From Iphione sp. A-MEVVRFRX5 (taxonomy: Eukaryota), in NCBI GenBank assembly GCA_976226885.1, contig OZ320316.1, positions 88,164,001 to 88,228,000 on the forward strand: 64,000 bases of DNA, in the 5' to 3' direction. Made by a program: the position numbers and the translations under genes. Shown here piece by piece: positions 27,971-42,400 of the stretch (positions are counted from its first letter, which is position 1; the number at the start of each line of letters is the position of its first letter). Under the pieces are notes generated by a model. The model did not search any database. It was not told where the DNA came from and saw nothing but the letters and a program-made list of their open reading frames with translations.

Positions 27971-30900
27971 GTAAGGGCTGCCTTGCTGAAAATACTCCTA
28001 TTTAGAATACACTACATAGAACAACACATGTCGATCTATAAGTATACTGAAGATTAGAATACATGTGTAAATATTCATATCTACAGTTTTGCAAACAGAT
28101 TTTCACTTTTCAAATCGCTTTTCTCCCGATTTGATTATCTACGCGTCCATATTGCGTAAATGTATAGCTATGATAACCCACACATCTGCGGTCCCGTGGA
28201 GAATAAATAACCACAATGGCTCTAATCGACTATGTAGGCGCAAAAGGAGATATAAATGTTCATGTACAGAAGGAGATGAATGTGCACATCGGAACACATT
28301 TTGGACATGACAGGAAGCTGCTAGAAGCTTTTTGAATAAAAGCACTTATGGTGACAAATTATGTGTATGTGAGAGATCATGTGTAAACATTTTGTCTAAG
28401 TATTGTCACTGACATCAAATTTGATAATGACACATTCGACTAAAATACAACTTGTTTCAGTTAGCTCCCTAATAATCTGTTCTTTTAGTGCCGATATTTC
28501 CTATCGTTAAGAACATACGATGAACACACCGGGAAGTGATGTCGCTAACACCGGCTTTCCAATTGCTATTACGTGAATGCTGTAAGCGTTTAGTACAGAC
28601 CGATGGGAGGTGCCTTCAGGCGGGGGGATGTATAAGAATATATATTAGCCAGATGTTAGAATTTGCTTTTCGCTGCTTATGGTAGAACGAGCAGCAGACT
28701 GGAGCCGTTGTCTTGGTCGTCTATCGTGACACGCCAAGGAGCTAACATTACATGTATTCTGGATAAAGAGGTGGACACATTTAGATGCTTTCAAATCTAA
28801 GAGCATTGGCCAATTCATCCATTTTCAGTCTGGTTCCCAGCTCATACAACATTACCATATCAGTACGTCGCGTACGTATAGGTGATTTTAGAGCGTACAC
28901 AACATACGTGACCGGTAGACCCGGATAGTTTCCTAAATGCACTGTTGCTTTTCTTTGAGGCATGCAAGTTGAGGTCACTAGAGACAGGGTGCAATTATCT
29001 CGACCATCCAGTATGCCTGACATGCCATCCTCAGCGAGGCTCGCCTAATGAAGAAGTACAATATAAGCAGTATGGCTGATCATTAAAAACATCTGAGGCA
29101 CGCAAGGCCTGCCGACTTGCATGAAGGACTAGGTATACTGCGTATCATTGTTTCGGTCATAAGTCATTTATTACGATGAGCGTTCCTTAGCCTCTTACAT
29201 GTACATGTATATGGAACCTATTACACCTGAATGGCATTGCTTCGCACTAAAGCTGATACGAATAAAGCGTATGGATGATTTGACTGGAAGAAATCCTTTT
29301 CACCATCTCGTGGTGCAAGACGGGACTGCCATGGCTTTCTGCCATGAATCTTTGATAGCACGTGTATAATTCACGCTTTGCTAACGGGCAGGGTTGCCCC
29401 TCTAGGAGTGTATAACTATCACAGAAGCTGCGCAGCTACCTGCCCCAACCGGGACCACAAACATGATTGTTGGCCATTATTGATGATGGACTGGTGTTTT
29501 CAGGCCACTCTGTTTACACAACGTCTACGGAGGCCCCAGTGGTCAGGCTACACTGCGTTGTTATTTCGATAATAATGTTGGAGAAAGAAGCCCATATGGC
29601 AAATATATTGATCACCTCTTCGAACCATATTATCCCGCACATACTTTTGGAGAGTAGTAGAGTAGCGCTAGTGAAGGTGTTTCTAAACATGGATGAAATT
29701 AGAAGTCCTCCCATATTAACGCATATGAATCACAGTCATTTTCGTTTGTCATCCCCCAGTGAGACTTTCGTTGGTTTTTGAGCACTCTGATTTCTGGGGG
29801 AGAGGGAGGGAGGGGTGACAGGCAGCCAGTGGCGACGGCTCTTCCATATTCTGTGTTCAAACGTGCTGCACGCCGGTCAAGTGTCCGGCCCCCGGGGAAG
29901 CGGCCCCGCCTTAATTACCGGCGGCTCGGCGTGCGGCGCCCACGCTGAACGGCCGCTTGTCAACGTCGCATGTCAGCGAACGCAAGGAAAACCAGGAAAT
30001 ATTGGCCGCGTTTGCCCTCCGAGATTCAACTAATCAAGTTTGTTGACCTTACGCGCGCCGCCGGCGCAATCGTCACAGGCGACGCGCAATGGCTGCTCGT
30101 GCGCCATGATTTACATAAACGCGGTGTAGAGTCGTCGAAATGGATGCCACACGCCTGTCTTACAGGCGGAGACAAAGCGAACGACACGCGCAACGACGGC
30201 CCAGGGAACACTTTTGAGCCATTGTACGTTTTTCTTGCCGGATCTTTATTGTGTCGGAGGGCTTTAAAAGACCCAGACGAGGGCAGAGCTCAAATATTAA
30301 ACTAAACATTCAAAAATGAGATAACTGGATGTGGGTCTTGAAGCAACCGAAGAATTGGAAGAAGAAATGTCCCTATAATTGCCGTTCCCTGCCAACTATT
30401 CGATGTCACGCTACCAATTATTCCCAAGAAGGTATTGACAGTGTTCTCTAAATGATAGTTATATGGGAGTATGAGTTACGAGCTGGCCTTCGTCCAAAAA
30501 GCACCCATGTGTAGATGATCGTGGCCTTTAGTATCATGTTCGCCTGTGCGTGTCCACCCAACTCCAATGATGTCAAAGATTCTGGAGAAGCTGGTGTTCG
30601 TGGGAAGCACGGGGAGGGTAAGAGAGTACCGCCGAGGCGCCAATGCACCTCCATTCTCCTACCTGCGAATCGCTATGAAACCTGATGCTGCCTTCAGGTT
30701 GATACGAGCAAGAGGCAGGTGCGGCCTTTGAAGCGGCACGCACTGCAGGTGCGCCGGTTTGTTAAGATGCGGTGCGTCATGGAATTCTCACCTGATACTA
30801 ACACCTGCGTCCGAGTGCACTGAGATACTCGGTAAGAGCGCGAGCAATTCGCCCCTAAAAGCAAGAACGGGATCACATATACCATGCTTATGCTCAATTA

Positions 30901-31491
30901 GTTCACGCGATACGCCTAGATACTCAAATCGAAAAGGGGATTTCTTAACGCTTATACGACGTTTTACTGTCTCGGTGCATTATATTCTCTGAAAGGTAGG
31001 CCATAGAAAAGACTCGCGATGACTCACTGCAATAGCCCCGCGGCCAAGAGATGTGCCAGGTCAATACTGCGTGAACAGGTGCCATTCATTAATGTCAGAC
31101 TATAGCAGATGCACGTAAAGAGTGGGGAAAAACTGTCAGTGCCATCCCTCCGAGACCCCCATATGCCTCATTACTCCTATGTCATATGGAGAGAGAAAAC
31201 TTAAAACATGCACTGTCTGAGCCTTGGACGATTCTTTTTCACGATCAACATTCAGACTAGGATGTTTATCTCAAATATCAGCATAATTAACTAAAACTTT
31301 GATGAGCAAAGCTAAGATGATGGATTGAATTTCCATTGTGCTGTAAACGCTCTTCAGGAACTTTGTCATGCCCCCATTAATATGAACGTAATGAGCAATG
31401 CATAAGTGCTTAATGCATATTTCTTAATGCTAGTGTGTATAACCATGTGATTTTACAGTAAATTATCAGGTCGGAGCGAGAGACAAACATA

Positions 31492-31494
<3 letters not shown>

Positions 31495-31551
<57 letters not shown>
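31495..31551. repeat. (AG)n microsatellite
   Basis: Read directly, with one AA interruption. Confidence 0.95.
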
Positions 31552-34500
31552 CAAAACGAGAAAACATGTTCCATTCCAAAAACAGGGTACGCGTTGACAC
31601 ACTACATGGAACATGCCACACGCATGCATGAAGATACCCTTTGAATTAACCATAGTTTCCCTCAAAACGTGCTGAAAACAAGTGTGGATGGAAATTATTC
31701 CTCAAAGGACCACTGATGACAGGTTGATGCCTCTTTTATACATCTGATTGTACAAATATATTGTCTGCTTCACATTGAAGAACACTTGGAATTATTTTTT
31801 GTACAAAATGTGTGCTACATAATTAAAATACGCACCCTCGACTCAAATAGATGTATACCGATGTCCCCTACCTATTCACCTCAAAAAGATATGCACCAAC
31901 TGGAATAGAAACGTACGTTGCTATGCACCATACGAATTTTATATTGTTAATAGGTAAGGACATGCCATAGGTCACCTTGATCACACATAAACGTGTAAAT
32001 GTACATAGCAAATATTGTCTGGACTACAGGTGACAGCTCATAGTAGGGTTTTCTCCTTTCTTCCATTCCGATGAGGCCGGAGGTTTCTCCGGTAGAGCAT
32101 CTATTAATGAAGAGATTCAGTGTGCAGAACATTGTTGATGCAGAATCGGTCAACATCAAAGGGTATCTTCTCCTCATGAACCATGTGATACTGAATAACT
32201 ACGATCAGGACCTGGTCTCGACTGGCCGGGGAAAGAAGAGGTGAATAATGGGTCCACTCGTGTTCAGGCAAATTGTCAGCTAGTTGGCAAGGGAAGTACT
32301 GTCATTATAGGGCCGCCTCACGGAACACGACCTTCAGGCCTCTGCCGGTATCACGGGATCCATTGCCGTCGAAATCCTCCATGAAGGCAACCGTAAAAGA
32401 ATAGAGGTTATTTCAAACAAAGCCATCTCAATCCTAATCGACAATGTCCAATGTACCTTTCGTGGTATGATGTGAAATATTTCTGCTTCTTAGCTAATTG
32501 CTGTGAACTGTGTCAGTGGCGCAAGGGCGAAGATATCGCTGTAAAGTACGATGTGTTATTTCGTTCGCCTTTTCTTTTAAGCTTCAAATGCAACTCATTT
32601 ACTCCAATAATACTGGCAACAGCAATAAGGCAGGGGTTGCCCTTTCAACTTTAAGGTCTCTCCTACTCCTCACTTGCGAATACCCCCAGAGCCCACCTCG
32701 GTGTCGTCAGTCCCGCCGACGCCTGCGGTGGCGCGCAGCTAGACCTACAGCATCGATCTACACCTGAGCTTGGATCTCCTCCATAATGAGTAAATCAGCA
32801 AAGCAAATACCTACCGCCCCGAGAGCTACTCGAAGGTTGTAGCTTGACACGCGACCGATACGTCCAACTTCCCTTCCGCACTTTACCTTATGTTCCGTGC
32901 TATGCCTTCCCAGAGCGTAAGCCATAGCAGATGACCTTTCTCACACGACCTCATCGAAAGGTGCCAAGTGCATACATTAACATTTGAAACCAATTTGTTA
33001 TTGCACACTCTCCGTCTTTCCTGCTGAGGAACGTTTTTACATTCAAGGGAATACTTAAAATAAGGCCAATAAGAATCATGAAGTATGCAAAACGGTGTTT
33101 GTATTAGTAGTCTGGAACCCAAAACTGTTCTCCCAAACCGAATGGCAAATGTCTCATACGTCTTCTTTACCGACAAGACCAGCATTGGAAACTATACAAC
33201 AATGATGTGTTTTGACTTCTACCTGTCCTTAACATATATACATATATACATGAATCAATTTCGTGCTCACAGGATTACAAGGCTAGCATTTACACTGCTC
33301 AGAGAACACCCTCTTGCTTTGTTTCCCATTGTTACATTTTTGTTAATCCGTGCAGTTAAAATACAAAAGGTGTCCCTAGTAATGCGAGGAGGATATTTCA
33401 ACACTTGCGCTTTTTTGTATCAAAGAAATGCCACCTGAGTAAAACTTACGAGTAAATCCACCAACGACTTCAAAGTGAAGTACATTATTCCCTGAAAAGA
33501 ACGAGCGCCATCGGGCTTTGCTGAATTGTAGAAAATCGTATATGTATTACACAGGATTGACAAAAAACGTCAGAAGAATGTGGAGTGTTGGAAGGATGTA
33601 AGATATAAATATAAGAGCAAAAGCTTTAGAGGCAAAATATAGACAGGCTACCTTAAGCTTTCGTGGATATGGATACAGATTTTTTTTTTCAATGCGATGA
33701 CTTTCTTTTGAACATAGTGTTTTTATTAATGTATACCATTCAGCACAATTCATCACCGACCCATCTTATGCGAATTCATCAATAGGGGTATGTCATCTTT
33801 CATTGTCTTTAGTTGCTAGGAAACCTGAGTTGACACAACCTTGACTGCTCTCTCCTTGTTGGGGCTGAGACCACGCCCACCTGTCCGATGACGTCACACT
33901 GCGTCGCATGTCAAACTCACTTCAAATCGGGCACAGGGGCTCCTATTAATTAGGGTGCAATTACCACGTCATAAATGATGGTGGTCCATGTGTGCCTGCC
34001 TAGGGGCGGGGTAGCGGTGCCAGGCTAAGGCGGGAACTGCCTGCGTGACCTCGGACAACCAGCAGGTGAAATGAGCTGCTCAGGTGACAAATGTAGCACA
34101 AGCCGCGCACACTGTGCTAGATTACTCACTTTTTAGCAGCAGCACAAAAAAGACACTCACACCATTAAAGAGAAACTTATCCTGGTTGGCTGAAGAATAA
34201 TAACAAGAAATATTATTTCGTTTTATGCTGACTGCAAAGTAAAATCTTTCCACCCGCCGTAATCCCGTCATGTAATTTTACTGCACACATGTCACAGTCA
34301 TGAAATGTTATGAATATCAGACATAATGCTGAGTCATAAAGTCCATGTCTTGCCTCTTTAGTGATCACAAGGAATATAATAGGGGTTTCAATTAGTAACA
34401 AATGTGCCAGAAAAAATTCATAACTGTTGTCAACTACATGAGCCAGAGACCTTCATTTTTTGTCCTCTACTCTCTGACAGAGACCAGTGTTTTGCAGCAA

Positions 34501-37500
34501 GAAACGGCCATGGCAAATTTCCTGTCAGGCATGGCTGTTTACATGAAAGGCCATCTTGTTGGTAAAAAGGAAATTGCATTTTTCTTGTTTTAGCGCAATT
34601 AAAATCCATGTGTTCGAGGTTATTTTTGCAGATTGGATCAAGGCTGTTACAAGTCAACAATCTCATTCGATGATTGCTCGCGATCTTTCACGTTACTTCC
34701 CAAACGAAGATAGAACGTGACATTCTAACTGAGATAGGTAATTTTCATGATTTTTAATGTTTTTCACGCTGTCTCATTTTAAAGCGGCGACTACAGATTT
34801 CTTTGAAAGACTATAAGCACTTGTCGGATCTAATAGGATTTCCATCTTGTCGTGCACATTTATCATCACCAGCAAGCACAATGGACAATGTGGCATAATC
34901 CAGTTTGACTTTGCCTGGAGACTCAAGGGGTTCGCAGTGAAAATGGATTTGTGCTCGGCTCTTATTTCAAATTAAACCTGTTCTTTCTGTTCAGTCTATA
35001 CCTACGCATAATAAAAATGTATAAAGCATAGGTAATACGTACCCAAGCAGTGAGTTAATTCTTGGAAACCTGAGACAAGTGCATGGGAGAAAATACAATC
35101 TGACGGAAGTGTAATATCTCCTCTTTTTCGTTTTAGGCGCTGGTTACTAATGCAAAGTTCACTTTCAGTTGCCGTGAAAATGAGATAAAGTATTAAAAAT
35201 CACATTGGCATGTGTCCCGTACAAACTGTATTTAGGACTCATTCACGTATCTTTTTTGTAAATTTGAATGCTTCTACAAGTCTGTGCGCAGAGGTAAATT
35301 GTGTACAGAGAGTATTTAAACAGTCAGAACACAATTTATTGCCAGAGAAAATTTTAATTGGGGAAGTAGATCATGCATGTACAACTCCTCGTCAGTTAAC
35401 ATGGTGGTTATTAGGATGGGTCCCTACACTGTAAATAATAGAATAAATGAACTGCCCAAATATCATTGATATAGATTCAAATAGACAGCAACAATTACTC
35501 TCGGAGGGCACAATTAGAGCCAGCGATTTCAAGTCAACTTTAGAAGCAACGACAAAATTGGACACAATCAATCAATATTGCGTGCCATCGAATACAACAA
35601 AAGTTGAAATTCCTTCAGCTGTATCCTACGCAAAACGACAACATCAGCATGTCGACGATGACTCATGAGAATTAATTGAAATAATTAGGGAGGGTTTTAT
35701 ATAATTACGGGTCCTAGAATGTTGACCTGGACCGATGACGACAGCAAAAAACCTCCGCTGGACGGCAGTGTGACGTCCTTTGGTTTAAGTGACATTTAAA
35801 TCTTTGCCTCTTTGAACACGCTCTGCTCTTCAAAGGGCTCCCGCCTCAGTGTTTCTAACAATCCCCGAACTAAAGCAATGCCACTTCAATAATGAAACAG
35901 TTCGAAGACACTGAACATGTCCCACGTGATGAAATAACCTAGCTTGAAACGAATGCCGTTCAGGCTGCATACATTGGAAGCAAACACGGAAATTTACATC
36001 TCCCAGTCCCTGCTTCAACCTCCCATGTGTAAAATTTCGGAAAGTGAAAGGCTTCTTCTGATAATTAATTTGAAATATGTTGCAGTGCTGATACGAAGCT
36101 ACTTTGCAACTGCTCAGAGCCACTCGAGCCTATCCCTCAGTCTATTTGCTTTACTGACATGTATATACAGTGCCAATAATGAACGGGGACACGCGCCGAT
36201 CACAGTGAGCAGCTCGCCCTCTGGGAGCTTCTCTTTGAAACTCGATCCACCGCTATTGCCACGTAGAACCTTGAGATTAAAAGTTGAGTGGCTTCTCTAA
36301 ATACCCATCGAGGTTTCTAGAGCCGCATTTTCCTTGAAATCGGACATGAAATCTATACACCTTCCGGAAATTTTCATCAATAGGATGAAAGAATGATGTC
36401 TTGGAAGGGCGAAAAATTGGCAGGATGTATCCACCTTTTTGTAAGCCCATCTGACCTGATCAAAGAGAACAAAGCAAGACAATGGCGGTTCAGAGATCAA
36501 AGGTGTGCGGCTCAGGTGATGATGGCCAGAGATGCAGCCTTGGGGAGCCGACGACACCGGAGCAGAGATCAAGCACCCAACCTGCGGGCTCAAGCATTGT
36601 GTGCGAGTTATCTAACCGGACGGCATCTGCGAGCACAACTGACTGACTCATGCTAACACTATCAGCGTCACTAACCATGGTTAGTTAGCGGCCAAAGAAG
36701 CTCGGGGCTTGCCGCCTACTGGGGAGCTGATGCGGCGCGGGAAGCGATGGTCTGGCCTGATTGGTTAATCACCCATTACGTTAATTTTCATCGTTTTCCA
36801 AAGAGAGTGCCTGAGGCTGGAGGTGACATCTTTGTCTGGCCCTTGGTGATATTAACATCACACATTGAAATCGCAAGATGTTAGAATCCGTTGCTTCTGA
36901 ACAATTCATTTTTTATTCTGGAACTGCTCACTCAGAGCTCTTTGAAGTCAGCACGCTAAAAGCTTTCTATGCTCTTCAACACGTCGCTCACAGAGTCACT
37001 GGCACTACACAAACATGCATCATTTCATAAAAGAGCTACTTTTACCCTGCACTTGTCAGAGTACTTCGGAAATCTAGCTGATAATATGATGTTCTAGCTG
37101 AAATGAGTTTTGGACAGCTCGCACCTAGCTGACGTGGAGAACTGAATTCAAGCTTTGGTAAACATTACTACTATGATCCTTACACACTGCAAGGGACACC
37201 CAGCTGACTACAAAGACAAGTTGGATCTTTGATATTTATAATTATACTGGTTTATTCTGTCCTAGTGGCCAACGTTTGGCTCAGGAAGGTAACGGTCACG
37301 GTGCACTTTGGCAACGACCCCTGACACCTACAGTCCTTACATTGCACATTCGTGTGGCTGTCACGCGGCTTGCCTCTCCTAAAGTGCTCACGTAGTGACA
37401 CTGCCGAAATTGAACATGTCCGGTTGTTGACAAGTTGTGATTTGCGTCCGTCGTGAAGCGGTGACGATTTTTTCCCCTTCTGCAGATGAGCAAACCATTT

Positions 37501-39289
37501 ATAGCAGTGCTGCCTTTAATATTGAAATAGTCTGGTGGGAAGTATCACTAATTACGCACAGTCTCACACATATGCATATATATAAATCATTTCCATCCCT
37601 TCTTATATTGTATATTCTTTGCCTCCTCACGTGATGTACATAATTTAGATATAATTAGTCACAGTGAATTTTTTAAAAATTGCAGACACCTTTGGGACTG
37701 ACTGTAAGCTTATGGTGGAACGGCTGCATTAAGGTGGTCCCATATAAATATATAGATAAGGCATTGGTTCTTAGACAATGGCTACAAGGAAGAAGTTACC
37801 TAAGTTTAAAGGTGACCTTAAAGAGATTTCTTCTAGGTTGGCGTCATGTGTATGAATATCAACATTTACATCAGTGTAGTCTGACAAGCAACCATTTCAC
37901 AAATTGTCTTTTTTTTTCAAAAAAGAGGGGGGAAAACACATCCAGGACGGCTTCCCTTAGTCCTTTGATGGCTTGTAGACCCCACAAGGCCGATTACCAG
38001 ATGCGACTGGCCCTTCACATGTCCCCCGCGTCCAACCTCTTCAAAAAATAGCAGTCCCCCCTCCGGGCAACAATAAGGTCGCTAAGGACTCGAGCTCCGG
38101 AGGCGGACAAAGACCCATGGCCTGACATCAGTGGGCTTGGTTAAAGGCCATGTGTAACCTCCACGTTGGCAGGTGGCCTGTGCACGTTCAAGGTGGAGCC
38201 TCACCACAAGTCTGGCCTCTGGACCTGCTGCTGTCAGCTGGACGGGCAAAAAATACAACACCAAAGACAAATCAGTTTGCAGAACTAATCGCAGATGAAA
38301 GCGGCGGCGATTTTGGATCTCATTTCCAGAAATCAACGTCAACCAGCGCCCGTAAACAGAGGTGACCGGTTTTGGGACACCTTTTTTTCGGGCTAATGAC
38401 ATTTTGCCAAGCCCTTTCGGTGAGTGGAGGTAGCTGCTCGGTGTAGTAGACATGTGCTCATAGCAGAGACTAAAGGTTGAGTCACCTTGTGGACACGATT
38501 GTGATGGTTTTTACCTCGACTGGGTTGGTGACGCAGCAAGGGGGTTGGCTGTCTCTCACGTGCTGGACCTAATGGACTGATCGGCACTAATGAGGTTCTT
38601 ACAAAACACACCTGCAATAGTCCTCCGGGGACCTTTTCTTCGGTATGTTTTTGCTGTTTACGTTCTTGTTTTGTTAGCAATGTAATTTCGTCCTTTTTTT
38701 TCATTAGCTGTTTTTAAGTCGTGTGTAGTCGCAACAGCGGGCGCCCTGCCACGCGGAGTTCGCTGCTTGTAAATGAACAAAAAATGTATTAATTTTTTGG
38801 AGCTAGAATGTCTGAACAATGGGGACAACTATCATTTACGAAGAACCTAATATAATCTTTTGATTAGAACCATACCGTTAAACAAAATCCTAGCAATGGA
38901 ATGTCCACCTTAAACATCTTCCGGTTGTCTCTGTTGCGCACGCTCGGAAGTTAATCCTGATTTGTGTTAACTGAATGTCTCGAGTTCGGCGAAGGCAGGC
39001 GACACCTCACCCCTACAGTCGCATCGCTAACTTACACTCTTCCCATAAACTGTGTGCTGTGTACGGATGGCAGACAGATCAGCGGGGCGACCCCTCTGAA
39101 TAATTCATCTGCTGCTCCGCACAAGACAATGAGATGATCTACTCAATCCAACCCCCTATGGTCAGGTCTTATTGTCGGCCACTTACAATCTAATCCTGCT
39201 GCTTTTGTGGTCGTCGGTACGCCGCACAATGTCCATTCTTCAACACGTCCGACAAATCGATGCTCTCTCTCTGTATCCAAAGATTAACA

Positions 39290-39450
39290 TGATCACTATA
39301 GGTACTCATGTTCAGGTTAATTTAAAATTGAATTTTATTGGTTTCGTAGGGGAAGAATGGCTGACTGTGGCCTTTATAGATTATGAATCTTCATTCGATG
39401 TTGTTCAGGGAACGTCGTTCGTAAATATTGGATACGATTCAAAAGAATAA
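39290..39450 (+). pseudogene. Degenerate non-LTR (RTE-like) reverse transcriptase fragment
   Basis: LTVAFIDYESSFDVV (from 39361) resembles the LxxAFIDYEKAFDSV RT motif and is preceded by a loose STIDHI-like segment (TIGTHV). Confidence 0.4.
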
Positions 39451-42289
39451 CTCATAAGGACATGCAAATTATTAATACAAATGGTAGTTTCTTTTGTGAG
39501 CTCTGAAGCGGGACTAGCGGTACTATTTACATTATAGATAGTATAGTTATGCTTGCGAAACAAAAGAGGATTGTAAAGATACAATTATTTAAACGTACAT
39601 CTTTTTGAACAGTCACAAAGGATCGTCAAATAGGCCTAACTTCAATGTTCCTACAGTATTTGTGGTACAGTCATAACTTTTGTCTGATTTTCTAGAATGC
39701 GCAATGCGTCCTTAATTCTCTGTCTTCGTTAAAGCGAATGTTCATTGTCATGTTTACGAAACCTATGATATCTTATTTTCCGCTTTGATGCATGTGCACT
39801 ACCTCATTCGGAAGTATTGGAGCTTGAGCGTGAACTCAACATCTGCATACCCCCTAAAATATGATTCCCCGATGAATTATACTTGTATGAAAGGGCTCAT
39901 CAGAGGAAAGGCATGACTCAATATCTGAACTCCCTTGACTCTCTATAAAAAATATGTGAAAAAGCGACTATTTTGATGCGGAGTCATTAGTTCTCCGGGA
40001 ATGACTTCAATACTGAGTCTTTCTGAGAATTCCTAACCTCAAGTCTTCAAAGAAGGGTCGACCCTACAGTGGATCTCTGCATGAGTTTCAAGTGTTGCAT
40101 CCGATGTCTTAGTTTTAAACCTTGAACCAGCGTCCACGAGATGGACAGAAAAGCTTGCAATGGTACTCTTCTCACAAGGCAGAGGACGCCTGTTACTTAC
40201 AGCATCGTTTTGTCGTGATGAGATATCGCAGAACAGACGATTACTATAGTATCATAAAACGATCACTCCTAGAGGGTTGTGTAAGAGAGGTGGCCATTCT
40301 TGGTCTTTACTAAGAAAAACAGGTCTGCTGGGCGTGTATAGCAAGTTAGATATTCTATTGTAATATACCGTTTAGTTTATTCCCTTCGTGTATCTCTTCA
40401 AATGATTTTCATCTCGTTTGCATGCATGTCACTCGGCCATTGATACCTAGTAATAAACTTACAGGAACTGTTACATTTGTTTACCTAAGACGTGAATAAC
40501 ACGTTTTGGACAGTCGATTGCAATGTTTGCATTGTAGGAGAGTTTCATCAGAAGCTGTCTGACGAATCCTCTTTGGCAATACAATGTTAGCTTTACTTTG
40601 TCCGGGGATTTAACAAATATAAAAAAACATAAAAAAGCTGTGTACATTTCCAAATATTAGGAGTGCGTTGTGTTTCTCTTTAGGACTGAGGGAAATGAAA
40701 CAGCTGTAATATCGCAAGTTGCAAACAGAATTTTTTAAGAAAAATAAATACAATGAACTCAAGTACTGGTGATCTTGTTTCTAATACTTCTGATTTGAAA
40801 ATACCGGTACTCTATCATAATCTATGTAGCTGGATGATGCTAATCGCTTTATTGCTTTGAGTATTTCTTACTCTCATAGGTTTTTTCTTACATTACATGT
40901 TTTGTTCCAAAGTTTCACGTTCCCTTTACCTTTTTCCTTTCATGTAGGATTTCAATGGGCCATGTCTTATTTGGTTAACCACTTTGGGACCATGCGAAAC
41001 CGTTTTGCCGGTCCATTTAGGCATTCTTGAACATGTAAAACGTAAACATGGTTCCAGTTCGATAACGCCTCATAATCCTACTGAACGAGCTGTACCTGCT
41101 CTCGGTACAGAATTGGGTACATATACATTAGTACAGAGTACATCCACGTCCTGATTAGACGAAAGTTCCTCTTGTCTCCTATTGTGACTTGAAAACATGT
41201 TTTATATACATCTAAGTTCCTGAAATGGTCAGTTGACAAGAAAATGCTGTCTGAAATGCAAACAAATTGCATTAATACCTCTGCCCCGCCTGGTTTGTTC
41301 TAAACGTGGAACTCGATGTTTCATGCAGCATAACATGCTTGTATCATAGGTATTATCGAGTTTATTAACTTAAGAGCCTCAAAAACGTATGGTATGTAAT
41401 ACCTTTTCTTCTCATGTGCATTACACACTGATTGCATATTGCTTCTTAATGACATGATTGGCAGTGCAGGTTTTGACTCACCCACCTGCTCGATCCCACT
41501 AGCTCAGCGCATCGATCCGCTGAGTTATAGGTGCACTGCCTTTGATCAGACACTGTAGATCTAAATTTAACGTGTTGACCTTTGACCACGCGTCATAGAG
41601 AAGGTTAACATGACTATCTCCTGCTTCTTTTCTCTCCATGACGGAGAGTCACTTTAGCAGCAGGCCCATGTCTGGCACGCACTTTGTGATCTGCAGGTCC
41701 GTTCGTTTGAAGGTTAAATGAAGGTCGTCCGCTTCCGACACTGCTACTCATCTGTCTTTCTTCACTTGTATTGCTTCTTGATCTGGATTAATAAACATTG
41801 ATGTCTTAAAGCTAAGATTGATAGCCATTTGGCCGTGTGGGCCGTCAGGGGATTCGGAAATGTAAATCCGTTCCTGTCAGAGGCAGCCGGTACCGGCCGG
41901 TAGGCCGGTTTGTTGCCAGGAATTTATGGCTGGAGCCGGATCGACAATGGGTTACCTGTCGTCCCGGAACGTAGCCTTTCTTAGAAACGGGCAGTTTTTC
42001 AAACTAAGGGCAGCTGAATTATTAGAGTGTCAGGGTAAACAATGCTGGTCGTAAAACATTAGAAAGATATTCTACTTCTAAAGATACCAAGCATCTTATT
42101 TGTATGGAAACAGATTGACGGGATTCTAAGTTGGAATAATTAATTTGCACATACCGTCATGTTTCATGATGTTGGCTATATATTACATAAGTGGGGAAAA
42201 ACAAAATGATACAAGAGCCACAGAACGTCTTCCGAAAGTATCTTTCATCTTAACTTGAACATATGCACATTGAGGTGGATCATGACCGC

Positions 42290-42400
42290 CTGAAAAGCAT
42301 TGCGTCCTTCTTTCCTGTAATCGAGTTTGCCGACGAAAAGTATCGGGGAGCTGATTCCACTTTACAACATCGTTTCGGTCCTGATCGGTCCATCCTTCAG
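42290..42400 (-). pseudogene. Possible LINE ORF2 3'-end remnant
   Basis: VVKWNQLPDTFRRQTRL resembles the R..xxWNxLP..xSL..FK C-terminal motif of CR1/L2-type ORF2. Only one short motif supports it. Confidence 0.3.

Noticed and set aside
38200-38760. Possible CR1/L2 LINE 5' UTR and ORF1 remnant on the minus strand (LVDVDFW..RRRF)
   Set aside because: Needs a frameshift to assemble one short motif; too weak without a profile search.
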